A stretch of DNA of 37,640 nt from a virus. A program made the position numbers and the translations under genes. Shown piece after piece: positions 22,678-31,137 of this stretch (its first letter is position 1; the number at the start of each line of letters is the position of its first letter). The stretch spans positions 1 through 37,640 of the IMG/VR virus record IMGVR_UViG_3300025572_000006; one strand, written 5' to 3'. Under the pieces are notes generated by a model, which worked only from the letters and a program-made list of their open reading frames with translations, had not been told where the DNA came from and searched no databases.

Positions 22678-22902
22678 TCAGTCGTTGGGATTGATCTTTT
22701 CAATTAGCGGATTGAGCGCAGCTTCGATTTGCGGACGAGCCATCACGAAGAAGTCGTCAAGTTTGTTTTGAGTCATCTTGACCGAATCCTCAACCCAGTC
22801 GAGGAAGATCGGAAGAAGAACTTTGACGTTCTCTTCTGCCAGCTCCAAACCAGCGGCTTTCAGTTTCTCTTTCAGGTCTTTTACATCAAACGGTTTTTCC
22901 AT
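22678..22902 (-). CDS. Hypothetical acidic 74-aa protein
   Basis: ORF with an SD-like 'AAAGGGGGGTG' upstream. No motif recognised. Confidence 0.5.
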   Translation of the reverse strand: MEKPFDVKDLKEKLKAAGLELAEENVKVLLPIFLDWVEDSVKMTQNKLDDFFVMARPQIEAALNPLIEKINPND

Positions 22903-22925
22903 AACACCCCCCTTTCGGCCCGTTG

Positions 22926-23204
22926 TTATCGGGCAAGTTTTTGCTCTAAAATCGAAACTCTGTTTTCCACACGCGAAACGCGATCTGCAGTATCCTTCGC
23001 AGCGTCTTCGATCTTTTGAAATCGCAGTTCGCCTTGTTTAAATCCGTCTTTCACCGCTTGTTCGAGGTTCTTAAGCCTCTCATCGTAGGACTTAAGAAAC
23101 GGTTTCACCCGCGTCCAAATAACAACGAGCGCGAGGATTGTTTCAAGAAGCCGTCCAGGGCTTACGTCTTCCACTGCAGTAGACAGAAACGAGAAGAAAT
23201 CCAT
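22926..23204 (-). CDS. N-terminal TM plus coiled-coil protein (92 aa; i-spanin-like architecture)
   Basis: 'LLETILALVVIWT' TM segment followed by the coiled coil 'LKNLEQAVKDGF...RVENRVSILEQKLA'. SD is GAGGTAAG. Confidence 0.5.
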   Translation of the reverse strand: MDFFSFLSTAVEDVSPGRLLETILALVVIWTRVKPFLKSYDERLKNLEQAVKDGFKQGELRFQKIEDAAKDTADRVSRVENRVSILEQKLAR

Positions 23205-23222
23205 TTCTTACCTCGTGCGCGG

Positions 23223-25733
23223 TTAGCGGGGACCTTCGCAAGTGACATTCACCAATCCATCTATACCCGAAGCGCTTGTACTATGCCAAACTGCCACATT
23301 GATCGACGTTGCACTCTCACTGTGCCCCTGGCCGGCGTAAGCGGTTGGTGCACCTGCGTTTGCAGACGAGAAATTGCATCTTGGTGTGGACGAGAAAACA
23401 CCGGATCTGACTGCTATGTTGCATCGTCCGGTGGAAACCTGGCTTACGGAAGAAACCCAAGAGCCAATTTGAAGGGTAACTTCTGGTGTCGAATCACAAT
23501 CAATAAGAGCAGATTCAACTCGCATATTGCTAGTAATCCAAACCCATCGCGTCCCATTCGATTGCAGCCCAACGGTATCGCCTTGCAAGTGGATAACTGT
23601 ACTCGTTGCTGTTCCGTAACCAATGTTCTGTCCGCCAATTGTGGCGATCGTCACAAGGTTTGCGCTTGAATCTGTTTTGGTAACGAAGAACTTCTTACCT
23701 TTGAATGCCGCAGCATCTGGAAGCGTGATTGTGACAGCGCCGCCGGACGCATCGACTTCAACGGTTTCGTCTTTGTCGGTCAGAGAGTAGTTTGATGAAA
23801 CGGTCTTTACTGTATTGATTGTCGTGACTCCAGGATACGGAGTCGTTACCGCGTGCTTCACGAGCGGCTGATACGTGTGAGTCGCGATTATGCAAGGTGT
23901 GAGAGCGATGTTTGCTGGCCGGGTTTCTCCCGTAACGTTTTGAAGACCACCGTCCGTTAGGCCCAGTCTCGCGGATCCTGTAGGAACGGTAGATGGGGGG
24001 TTGTGTGGATTCGCATACACTGGCACCGACTGAACGACACTATCATATCCCGGTACGTGTCCATGCTCGGGGGCGGAGGCCATCATATAGTACTGATTGT
24101 TATGGTCCCACCCAAATGGGAGTATGTGCTTGTGAGAACTCAGGCTTTGTCCCTGTTTTTCACCAAGCGTTGCAGAGTAGGCGACTCCGCCAATCTCCTG
24201 CGAACCTGCGCCTCGAATGAAGATACCGCGAAGATCGGGCAGCGTATTCGAACCGCGTCGTGCAATTAGTTCAGAATACTCCGGTGGTATCGTCCCGCCG
24301 TTGGCGTGCAACGTACCAGGGGGGCAAGTCGCTTGTTCTGTGTATATGATTGTACCAAGTAAGTCCGCACCTTGCCCAACGCGCACGACTTGTTCGGATT
24401 CGAGCGGGAACTTTTCAACGAAGAAACGTAGGTCTGGTATATTGTTAGTTGCATTAACTTCAATGTTACAGCTACCACCCGCTGACATTCTCGCAGCAGC
24501 TATACTAACAGCCACGTTTGTTCTAGGTTGTGTAGCAATAAATCCGCCAGTAATTTCTCTGCTTCGCAGGAAATTTACGCCTGTTGATGTGCTATCCTGC
24601 GACGATTCGCCTAAAACAGTCGAACCGTCCACTAGTGCAAATTTACAGTGAATATTTTGATTGTTCGAATGAACAGTAAAATCACCGCTCGCAGTAATTC
24701 TGTAATAATAACCAGGCTCAACCTTTGGGATCACAAAGCCAGGGATTTTAGTGCTGGGTGCTGCAATGTTTCCAGTTGTGGTAGGAGTTGCGCAGTTTGT
24801 GTTTGCGCTAGGTACAGTATAGCTGGAACTGGTCACACTCCAGTCGCACGAAGGCGCCGATGGATAAGTCAATGTTCCAACGAAAGTAGCCTGCGCAACG
24901 GAGCCTATCCCATCCCATGGACCAACACGTGCACGTGCAAAACAAACTTTACCAGTGTTTGAGTTTGTCGGCCTGATGCGAATTCCAACGCCAGTGAGCA
25001 TCGCAGACCCAACTGACGTGACATCAAATTCGCGCCATTTGAAATCGCCAGGAATATCAAGAGCGTTTGCAACTGTCGCAGGACCTGCACCGACCAAGTG
25101 CATAGCCTCGACTTTCAGTCCTTCAAAACTTGCTTTGACCCAAATCTTGTGGCCAAGATTCACACCATCGACGTTACTGAATCCAAGCGCATCAGGCGAA
25201 ATGTCGGCAATTTGCGAAATAACAGCATTCGCTGAGCCTTCCCAATCAACACAAATTGTAGTGACATTCGGTCCGAGTGCTTCGTCTTCTTCGACTTCGT
25301 AATCAAGGCCACTAACGGTCGTCCAACCCTCAAGGCTTCCGTCTTCAAAAGTAGGATTGGTGAGGAAGTTGATTCCGTCGGAACCGCCGCCGCCAGCTCC
25401 TGCGCCGATTTGTTTTTCGTTGTCGCTTGAATCAAGCGTGTAGCACTTCCCATCGTCCTTGCAGTAAATCTTCTTTTGTCCGGCCGGTGGCGGCGTGGGT
25501 TTCGCTGAGAGTTCTTCGACCGTTAAAGCGCCTTCGATTTGAGGATTCTCGAGCGTTTTGTTTTTAAGCGTGTCTTCGGTCTCTTTTCCGACAAGTGTAT
25601 CGCTCGCATCCGGCATAAGCCACGTTTTCGATCGATCAGGCGAGCGAATCGCATCGCCAGTGAGATAACTCACGCCAAATGCCTGCGAGTGAATAAAGCT
25701 AATGAGAAGAAAATAAATAAACACTGAACGCAT
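23223..25733 (-). CDS. Tail-fibre-like protein with a phage tail-collar domain and an N-terminal signal-peptide-like segment (836 aa)
   Basis: The start is set at ATG 25733 (GAGAGG upstream), 10 nt after the previous stop. N-terminus is 'MRSVFIYFLLISFIHSQAFG'. Collar motif 'PPGTLHANGGTIPPEYSELIARRGSNTLPDLRGIFIRGAGS...SSHKH'. Confidence 0.75.
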   Translation of the reverse strand: MRSVFIYFLLISFIHSQAFGVSYLTGDAIRSPDRSKTWLMPDASDTLVGKETEDTLKNKTLENPQIEGALTVEELSAKPTPPPAGQKKIYCKDDGKCYTLDSSDNEKQIGAGAGGGGSDGINFLTNPTFEDGSLEGWTTVSGLDYEVEEDEALGPNVTTICVDWEGSANAVISQIADISPDALGFSNVDGVNLGHKIWVKASFEGLKVEAMHLVGAGPATVANALDIPGDFKWREFDVTSVGSAMLTGVGIRIRPTNSNTGKVCFARARVGPWDGIGSVAQATFVGTLTYPSAPSCDWSVTSSSYTVPSANTNCATPTTTGNIAAPSTKIPGFVIPKVEPGYYYRITASGDFTVHSNNQNIHCKFALVDGSTVLGESSQDSTSTGVNFLRSREITGGFIATQPRTNVAVSIAAARMSAGGSCNIEVNATNNIPDLRFFVEKFPLESEQVVRVGQGADLLGTIIYTEQATCPPGTLHANGGTIPPEYSELIARRGSNTLPDLRGIFIRGAGSQEIGGVAYSATLGEKQGQSLSSHKHILPFGWDHNNQYYMMASAPEHGHVPGYDSVVQSVPVYANPHNPPSTVPTGSARLGLTDGGLQNVTGETRPANIALTPCIIATHTYQPLVKHAVTTPYPGVTTINTVKTVSSNYSLTDKDETVEVDASGGAVTITLPDAAAFKGKKFFVTKTDSSANLVTIATIGGQNIGYGTATSTVIHLQGDTVGLQSNGTRWVWITSNMRVESALIDCDSTPEVTLQIGSWVSSVSQVSTGRCNIAVRSGVFSSTPRCNFSSANAGAPTAYAGQGHSESATSINVAVWHSTSASGIDGLVNVTCEGPR

Positions 25734-25743
25734 ATGACGCCTC

Positions 25744-26448
25744 TCAAATTTCAACCCAAAGCGTTCCGTCAAACCAGAAAGTGATCGTTTCATCTTCATG
25801 AAGATAAACCTCGCCTTGATTCTTGAGAGCAATGCCGTCTCCGTGATGAAGTCGAACGGTGTTTGTATCGCTTCGGCCTTGAAGTGTTAGACGTTGACCT
25901 TCCATGGTGCCCGCAGAAATCTGCGGATCAGCCGATATATCAACCGGACCGCCGGCACCTTCGACGTACATATAGTTTTGAAATTTGGTGCTAACAAAGG
26001 AGATGCCGGTTGCCGCTTGGATTTGAATCGGCGATGCGCGAGATCCAAAGATAGTACCTTGAATTATTTCAGTCGCTTCGTTTTTTGCTGCTTCCGCGGC
26101 TTGAGCTGCGCTCTCGGCATCGGCTTGGGCATCTTGAGCGAGTGCTATTGCTTCAGCAAGTGTTTCTGTATCGAGATTTGGCAAAACGAAATTGTCACGC
26201 GTCCAAATGACAACGTCGTTTGCATCCGTGAGAACAAGTTTATAAGCCTGTGGAGAGAGATAAACTGTGGCTTCGCCGCGTGAATTGAGAATTACCGGAT
26301 TTGGATTTGGAGTTGTCGCCGCTTTATCGGCGTATGTTGCAAGCGGAATACTTGAACCCGCCCGATAGGAATAAAGTTTCCCACCAGCAAGCGGGTGTCC
26401 GTTATCATCGAAGAATTGAGGCACAGGCCACGGCAATAATTCCGCCAT
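25744..26448 (-). CDS. Tail fibre/adaptor protein, paralogous N-terminus (234 aa)
   Basis: 'PQFFDDNGHPLAGGKLYSYRAGSSIPLATYAD...NPVILNSRGEATVYL' is paralogous to the N-terminus of 31306..32454. Confidence 0.7.
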   Translation of the reverse strand: MAELLPWPVPQFFDDNGHPLAGGKLYSYRAGSSIPLATYADKAATTPNPNPVILNSRGEATVYLSPQAYKLVLTDANDVVIWTRDNFVLPNLDTETLAEAIALAQDAQADAESAAQAAEAAKNEATEIIQGTIFGSRASPIQIQAATGISFVSTKFQNYMYVEGAGGPVDISADPQISAGTMEGQRLTLQGRSDTNTVRLHHGDGIALKNQGEVYLHEDETITFWFDGTLWVEI

Positions 26449-26471
26449 GGCCTAAGTGTTTGTCTGAAACG

Positions 26472-26490
26472 TGTTTACATCAAAGTAAAC
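26472..26490. promoter_or_regulatory. Palindromic motif copy C (TGTTTACATCAAAGTAAAC)
   Basis: Identical 19-mer to copy A. It lies 2 nt after the 864-aa gene stop and about 23 nt before ATG 26448. Confidence 0.6.
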
Positions 26491-26492
26491 TT

Positions 26493-29087
26493 CTACTCAT
26501 TTTCATAGATGCGATATTGCGAAGGTGTAGCGGAATCGCTGTCTAGTTCACCTCCTGCAACTTGTGTTAAACCCGTTTCCTTCGCTCTTTGAGCTGCACG
26601 ACCAGAAAGAATCGTAAGTTCAAATTGACGGATAAGGTCCTGCTTCACGTTCTCCGGCAAGTCCATGCGGCGAATTGCGCTTGGAGTAAGTGGTCCTCTG
26701 ATTTTGATTAAGCCATCAAGGATTTTCTTCGTAACTTGTGGGCCGTAAACATCCATCATCGCGCCAAGCGTTGCGCCAAGCGCAGCGCCAACTGGACCGC
26801 CTACAATGCCGCCAGCGGCCGCGCCAGCAAGACCCGATTTGCTAAACGCAGCCTGCGCGCCGATACCAAGCACAGTAAACAGGTTCACGTTTCTTGAACC
26901 GTGAAACGCCGTCTTTGTGAACGCCGCGGCGTCTCGCCAAGCATTCACGGCCTCTACGAAGTCTTGATTTTCTAGCTCAGACAACTCCTTAAGCAATTTT
27001 GTCGCGTACTTTCGTCCAGCAGCAACTTGCTTTAGTTTCGCCTCGGCGGTTTGTTCACCAAACGACCTGAACTTATTCGCAAGTTCTTTTGCGGTCTTGA
27101 AATTCGCCTCAGCCGACCGCGCATTGAAGAATGCCGCTGATTTCCTAATCGCTTCTTGAATAGCTTTGGGTTTTGCCATTCGTTTGGCTACAGCCGCTTG
27201 CATTTCGGCTTGGCGAAGCGTTTGAGCTTCCGGAAGACCGCGCCGAATTTCTTCTAGCCTCATTGGACTACGCAAAGTCCGTTGCGCTTCAACCATGCTT
27301 TCAACGGCGCGAACGGCATCAGGGCCTTCTCGAGCAACAAGGTTTTGAAGTGTCGCAAGGTCATGTTTTGCAGTCGGCCGCCCAAGGTTAGCAAGGCGAG
27401 AAAGACGCGTTTGATCTTTTCCAAATCGCTCGACAGCTTCTGAGAAAATCCGCGTATCTTCGGCCACCTGGGCCATCTTTTGAGCGTATTCGGGAACCTT
27501 CTCTTTTAGTTGCTCATCAAGCGCTCGCCGAACGGATTGAAATGCCTTTGATACTTCATCAGTAAATGCGTTTGCATCGTAGATGATTCTTTCAGCGCGA
27601 TCGATTTGTTGAATGACGCGTTTTGCTTCGGTAAAGGACAACTTCGCCGGCACTCGTCCTAACGTGTTGACCAAGGCAAGAATTTCTCTTTGTGCGGCTT
27701 CGGCTTGAGGCGTTGCCGGACCAGCGTTGCCGACATTCATTTCCTTTGCGGCACGCTTTAAACCCCTCCATGCTTTTTGAAGATCAATATAGACGCGATT
27801 GCCAATGCGTTTTTTGGCTCTTTGTTTCGCATCCATTTCTTCGAGGATTTCAAAGGCTTCAGTTGAACCTTTTGAAATCCTCTCTCTTTGTGCTCTAAGA
27901 GCGTCTTCAACAACGGGTTCAAGTCGTGTCGGTGACGCTTGATCTGCAATCTGTGCCTTTTTCGATTTAAAGGCTTCATCAAGCGCAGCTTTGGCTTGTT
28001 GAACTTCTTCTAAAGCTCGAGCCTTGCCTTCGATGCGAGACTCTTTAATGCTTCGAGAAACATCGTCCAAATGCGCTTTTGCGGCATCATAGTTGATCTT
28101 CTTTTGTTCAAGATCGTCGAAAAGATTGCGAACAACGCCGGTAACTTCCTCGTAAATCTCATCGAAGGTTTTCGCATTCCGGATGCGCTCGGGATCTTTT
28201 AGATACCTGTCGATTACGTCCTCGGAAACCCCGCCAATAGCCGAAAGAAGTTTTTTGCCAGCGGCTGGAACTGCGCGGCCAACGCCTTTTACAACGTTCT
28301 CCGCGCCTCGGAATGCTGCGGGCATTACTGCACCCGTTCCGAATCCAACCGCACCACCTTCAAGACGTGCTCCAAGATCAGTAAAACCTGACTCCGGCGT
28401 GTAAGCAGCACCTAAAGCAGCGCCTTCTAAAGCCAAACGTCCGCCTTGCGCTGCAAGATCAAGACGTGCAGCGCGTGTAAGTTGTGCAGCTCTTGCCGCA
28501 TCACCTGCTAAACGCGCTTCATTTGCTGCGCGGTAAAGATCTCTAGCTCGCCCGGCTTGCGACATCGCTTGTGCTGCTTGGCCGATTCTACCAGGCGCTT
28601 GAGCGGCGACTTGCAAACCTTTTCCAACCAAGCGTGAAGCGCCAACACCTGGAGCAATGAAGCCAGCAAGTTGGCCGGCAAGCGCGAAGCCAGGCGCTTT
28701 TTCTTGAAGTGCTTTTCCTTGTTCTCGGAATTTTTGGACTCGAGCCTCAAACGGTTCGTTCCCCATCGGAATGCCAAGCGTTTTCTCGGCAAGCCAATCG
28801 GTCGCAACCTCGCCAGCGGCTTTAAGATATGGAAGTGTGCCAAGCGATGAACTTTCGGCAAAACCCTCAAGCGCTGCGCGTGCTTGATCGCTAACCGTTG
28901 GACCGCTATCGGCAGTCTCACCAATACCTGCCCAAGCGTTATAAGGCGTCCATTCATCTTTTCCGACTTTGACATAAACCGTTCCGTCTTTCGCCTGGCG
29001 CGTGACCGGTTCCCACTCGTCCTGACCGACTTTGCGATAGAATGTTCCGTCTTTAGCCTGCCGTTCGATAGCTTGCGTTTGTGCCAT
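26493..29087 (-). CDS. Large Ala-rich internal virion / ejection-type protein (864 aa)
   Basis: Position equivalent to the P22 ejection proteins. Long helical Ala/Gln/Arg-rich body. C-terminal Gly-zipper hydrophobic segment 'GLAGAAAGGIVGGPVGAALGATLGAMM'. Confidence 0.5.
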   Translation of the reverse strand: MAQTQAIERQAKDGTFYRKVGQDEWEPVTRQAKDGTVYVKVGKDEWTPYNAWAGIGETADSGPTVSDQARAALEGFAESSSLGTLPYLKAAGEVATDWLAEKTLGIPMGNEPFEARVQKFREQGKALQEKAPGFALAGQLAGFIAPGVGASRLVGKGLQVAAQAPGRIGQAAQAMSQAGRARDLYRAANEARLAGDAARAAQLTRAARLDLAAQGGRLALEGAALGAAYTPESGFTDLGARLEGGAVGFGTGAVMPAAFRGAENVVKGVGRAVPAAGKKLLSAIGGVSEDVIDRYLKDPERIRNAKTFDEIYEEVTGVVRNLFDDLEQKKINYDAAKAHLDDVSRSIKESRIEGKARALEEVQQAKAALDEAFKSKKAQIADQASPTRLEPVVEDALRAQRERISKGSTEAFEILEEMDAKQRAKKRIGNRVYIDLQKAWRGLKRAAKEMNVGNAGPATPQAEAAQREILALVNTLGRVPAKLSFTEAKRVIQQIDRAERIIYDANAFTDEVSKAFQSVRRALDEQLKEKVPEYAQKMAQVAEDTRIFSEAVERFGKDQTRLSRLANLGRPTAKHDLATLQNLVAREGPDAVRAVESMVEAQRTLRSPMRLEEIRRGLPEAQTLRQAEMQAAVAKRMAKPKAIQEAIRKSAAFFNARSAEANFKTAKELANKFRSFGEQTAEAKLKQVAAGRKYATKLLKELSELENQDFVEAVNAWRDAAAFTKTAFHGSRNVNLFTVLGIGAQAAFSKSGLAGAAAGGIVGGPVGAALGATLGAMMDVYGPQVTKKILDGLIKIRGPLTPSAIRRMDLPENVKQDLIRQFELTILSGRAAQRAKETGLTQVAGGELDSDSATPSQYRIYENE

Positions 29088-30244
29088 TAGTCAGCCCATT
29101 CGATTTGATTTGTTTTAAATCTCTGAACTGTGTTTACGTTCGGTTGAGTTGCTTGCGCTCTTGTTGTTCCAAGTAAAGACCTGCGCGGTTTATTCTGATT
29201 CCGCGCAATTGGCCTACCTTGTTCATCAAACGATAGTTGATACCTCGGCGGGCCTTGTCCCGGACCGTGGATAATATCAAGTTGAAGATTGATAACGCGT
29301 TTAAGGTTGTCAGCAAGGATGTGCGTAGGTACATCGGTCCTGAGTGTACCAACCGCCGCTTCAAGCATCGCAAGTTCTTGATTAGACACGTTACCAAGTG
29401 CGCCACCGGTCGGTGATGCAGCACGCATTGCTTGAAGCTTTTCAAAGCTAACGTTTGACCTGACCGATTGAAGAAGCTGTTCCAATTCATAGGCCGCCGA
29501 ACCAGGAACGTGTTTAAGTTTTCCAAACCAAGAACCAGTTGACCAAGGAACACTTTCAAGAATTTGAAGCGCACGATTTGCGTCTTGAACCAAGATGTTT
29601 GAATAAAGCTTTCCAATCTCTTTCTGCGCTTCAAGCTTTTGCGCTTGCGGGCTTCCGGGAATTGGCTCAACGCCGGATAGATCAGCCTTCCAACGATAAC
29701 CTGCTGGCGGCTTCGGCAGTCCGGCCGCTCCGGCTGCTCCGACTGCTTGTTTTTGTCTAGCGTCTGCCAAGTTTTTCGCGATTTGCGATCTAACGAATTG
29801 TTTTTCAAGCTCCGCCTTTTCTTGCGCTTGCCGATATTTGTTGTGGTAAAACTCAATTTGCCCGCGTGCCGCTTGAAACGACTCTGGCAACTCTTGAGGT
29901 CTAGCAAGTCCTGATGTAATCAGACTTTCCCGCAGCTTTTGATATTCGGCCTGCTGTTGCACAGGATCTTGAATTGAAAGCAAGTTTCCTGCCGTCTCGC
30001 CAAGCTGTTGAAAAAGCTGTTGCTGAATTTCGCGTGTTCGGCGCATTTGGTCTAGTTGCGCCATTTCGCGCTGTAGTTGCTGCGCCTCTTGTTGCATTTT
30101 GAATTGCTCTTGTTGCATTTGCAATTGCGCCTGCTGTGCGCGTCTTGCGTCTGCAAGCTGCATCCCTTGCATAAATCCTTGTGCTAGTGCGGCGAGGCCG
30201 CCAGGTCCAGCTTGTCTGTAGATTGAAGTATCAAACGTCGCCAT
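29087..30244 (-). CDS. Gln-rich coiled-coil internal virion protein (385 aa)
   Basis: 'AQQAQLQMQQEQFKMQQEAQQLQREMAQLDQMRRTREIQQQ'. Coupled (start/stop overlap) with the flanking internal-protein genes. Confidence 0.45.
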   Translation of the reverse strand: MATFDTSIYRQAGPGGLAALAQGFMQGMQLADARRAQQAQLQMQQEQFKMQQEAQQLQREMAQLDQMRRTREIQQQLFQQLGETAGNLLSIQDPVQQQAEYQKLRESLITSGLARPQELPESFQAARGQIEFYHNKYRQAQEKAELEKQFVRSQIAKNLADARQKQAVGAAGAAGLPKPPAGYRWKADLSGVEPIPGSPQAQKLEAQKEIGKLYSNILVQDANRALQILESVPWSTGSWFGKLKHVPGSAAYELEQLLQSVRSNVSFEKLQAMRAASPTGGALGNVSNQELAMLEAAVGTLRTDVPTHILADNLKRVINLQLDIIHGPGQGPPRYQLSFDEQGRPIARNQNKPRRSLLGTTRAQATQPNVNTVQRFKTNQIEWAD

Positions 30245-30252
30245 CGCTCACC

Positions 30253-31137
30253 TCACGACGCCTCATCCGCCATCATAGCAAGTCCGAGACTTGCAAGCTT
30301 CTTGAGATTCACGACTTTCACGCCGTCACGTTCTTCAACGACCGTGCGGCCAAGCTTCGATTTCTCAAGGTCTTGCGCCATAACACCAACCCATTCACCA
30401 TCGCCCATGGATTCATCTTTGTATTTGAAGCGATAAGGCTTGATGGATTTCTTAAATTCTTCGATGTCGGCTTTACTGATTTTTCCGAGATCTTTTTTTA
30501 CTCGCTTATCGCTAAAGATCGCGCCAACTACGCTTCCAACTGTTCCCAATAAACCTTGTCTTGCTTGCTGATGCGCCATTTGTGCCGCCGCTTGAGCGTT
30601 ACCAAGTCCGGTAGCTATATTCGCCATCGATTGACCATGTTGGCCAGCAGCACCCATAAGACCGCCAAGACCAACGGTTCCCATGCGAGCTAAGTCAGAA
30701 AGGCGTCCATATTCTCGATTGTAAATGTTTTGATACTCTTGTGATGCGAGGTTTTGTCCGTATTCGGTAAGTGCTTTGAGTGTGGCTCCAGATTGATTAA
30801 GACCACGTGCTGCAGCCGAACCTTGAATAGCTTTAAGCCCCTGTTGCAAGCGGAATTGATAACCAGGGTCTGTTTGCCAGTTCTGCATGAAGTTACCAGC
30901 CGCAAGATCGCTTAGCGCCCTTTGTCCGGTTTGAAGCCAAGGATCCGCAAGCCGCTGTTGCTCTTGCCACATGCGCATAAGATCAGATCGCGCTTGTCCT
31001 GCAGCGCCAGTTTGTGCAGCAAGTGCATCGTCAATGTGACCGGCGCCTGTAAGCATGTCACTAACAGGGTTTCGTCCGGTAAGACCAAGCGGATCTAGGC
31101 CTCCTCGAATCCAACCTCCTATATTTCCCAAGTTCAC
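30253..31137 (-). CDS. Gln/Gly/Ala-rich virion protein with a C-terminal peptidase-S74 intramolecular chaperone domain (294 aa, GTG start)
   Basis: GGAGGTGG SD then GTG 31137. 'FSDKRVKKD' is the S-D-x-R-x-K autocleavage motif at aa 209-214. 'GVMAQDLEKS...VVNLKKLASLGLAMM' is typical of an S74 domain. Confidence 0.65.
   Translation of the reverse strand: MNLGNIGGWIRGGLDPLGLTGRNPVSDMLTGAGHIDDALAAQTGAAGQARSDLMRMWQEQQRLADPWLQTGQRALSDLAAGNFMQNWQTDPGYQFRLQQGLKAIQGSAAARGLNQSGATLKALTEYGQNLASQEYQNIYNREYGRLSDLARMGTVGLGGLMGAAGQHGQSMANIATGLGNAQAAAQMAHQQARQGLLGTVGSVVGAIFSDKRVKKDLGKISKADIEEFKKSIKPYRFKYKDESMGDGEWVGVMAQDLEKSKLGRTVVEERDGVKVVNLKKLASLGLAMMADEAS

Noticed and set aside
21926-25832. Long N-terminal extensions of ORF-track entries (22444, 25832, 35613, 13792, 14497, 19918, 19338)
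   Set aside because: The extensions overlap the upstream gene extensively and are basic and low in complexity. Internal ATGs with an SD and short or ATGA-type overlaps give sensible N-termini (signal peptide, lipobox, MILLGD.. methylase start, and so on).
29134-29907. 257-aa same-strand alternative-frame ORF inside the Gln-rich 385-aa gene (also 28508..28975 inside the 864-aa gene and 13879..14340 inside the replication gene)
   Set aside because: The translations are Lys/Arg/Ser-rich with no motif. They are the expected by-product of frame-shifting biased CAG/GCN-rich coding sequence. Unlike the methylase locus, nothing family-like is visible.
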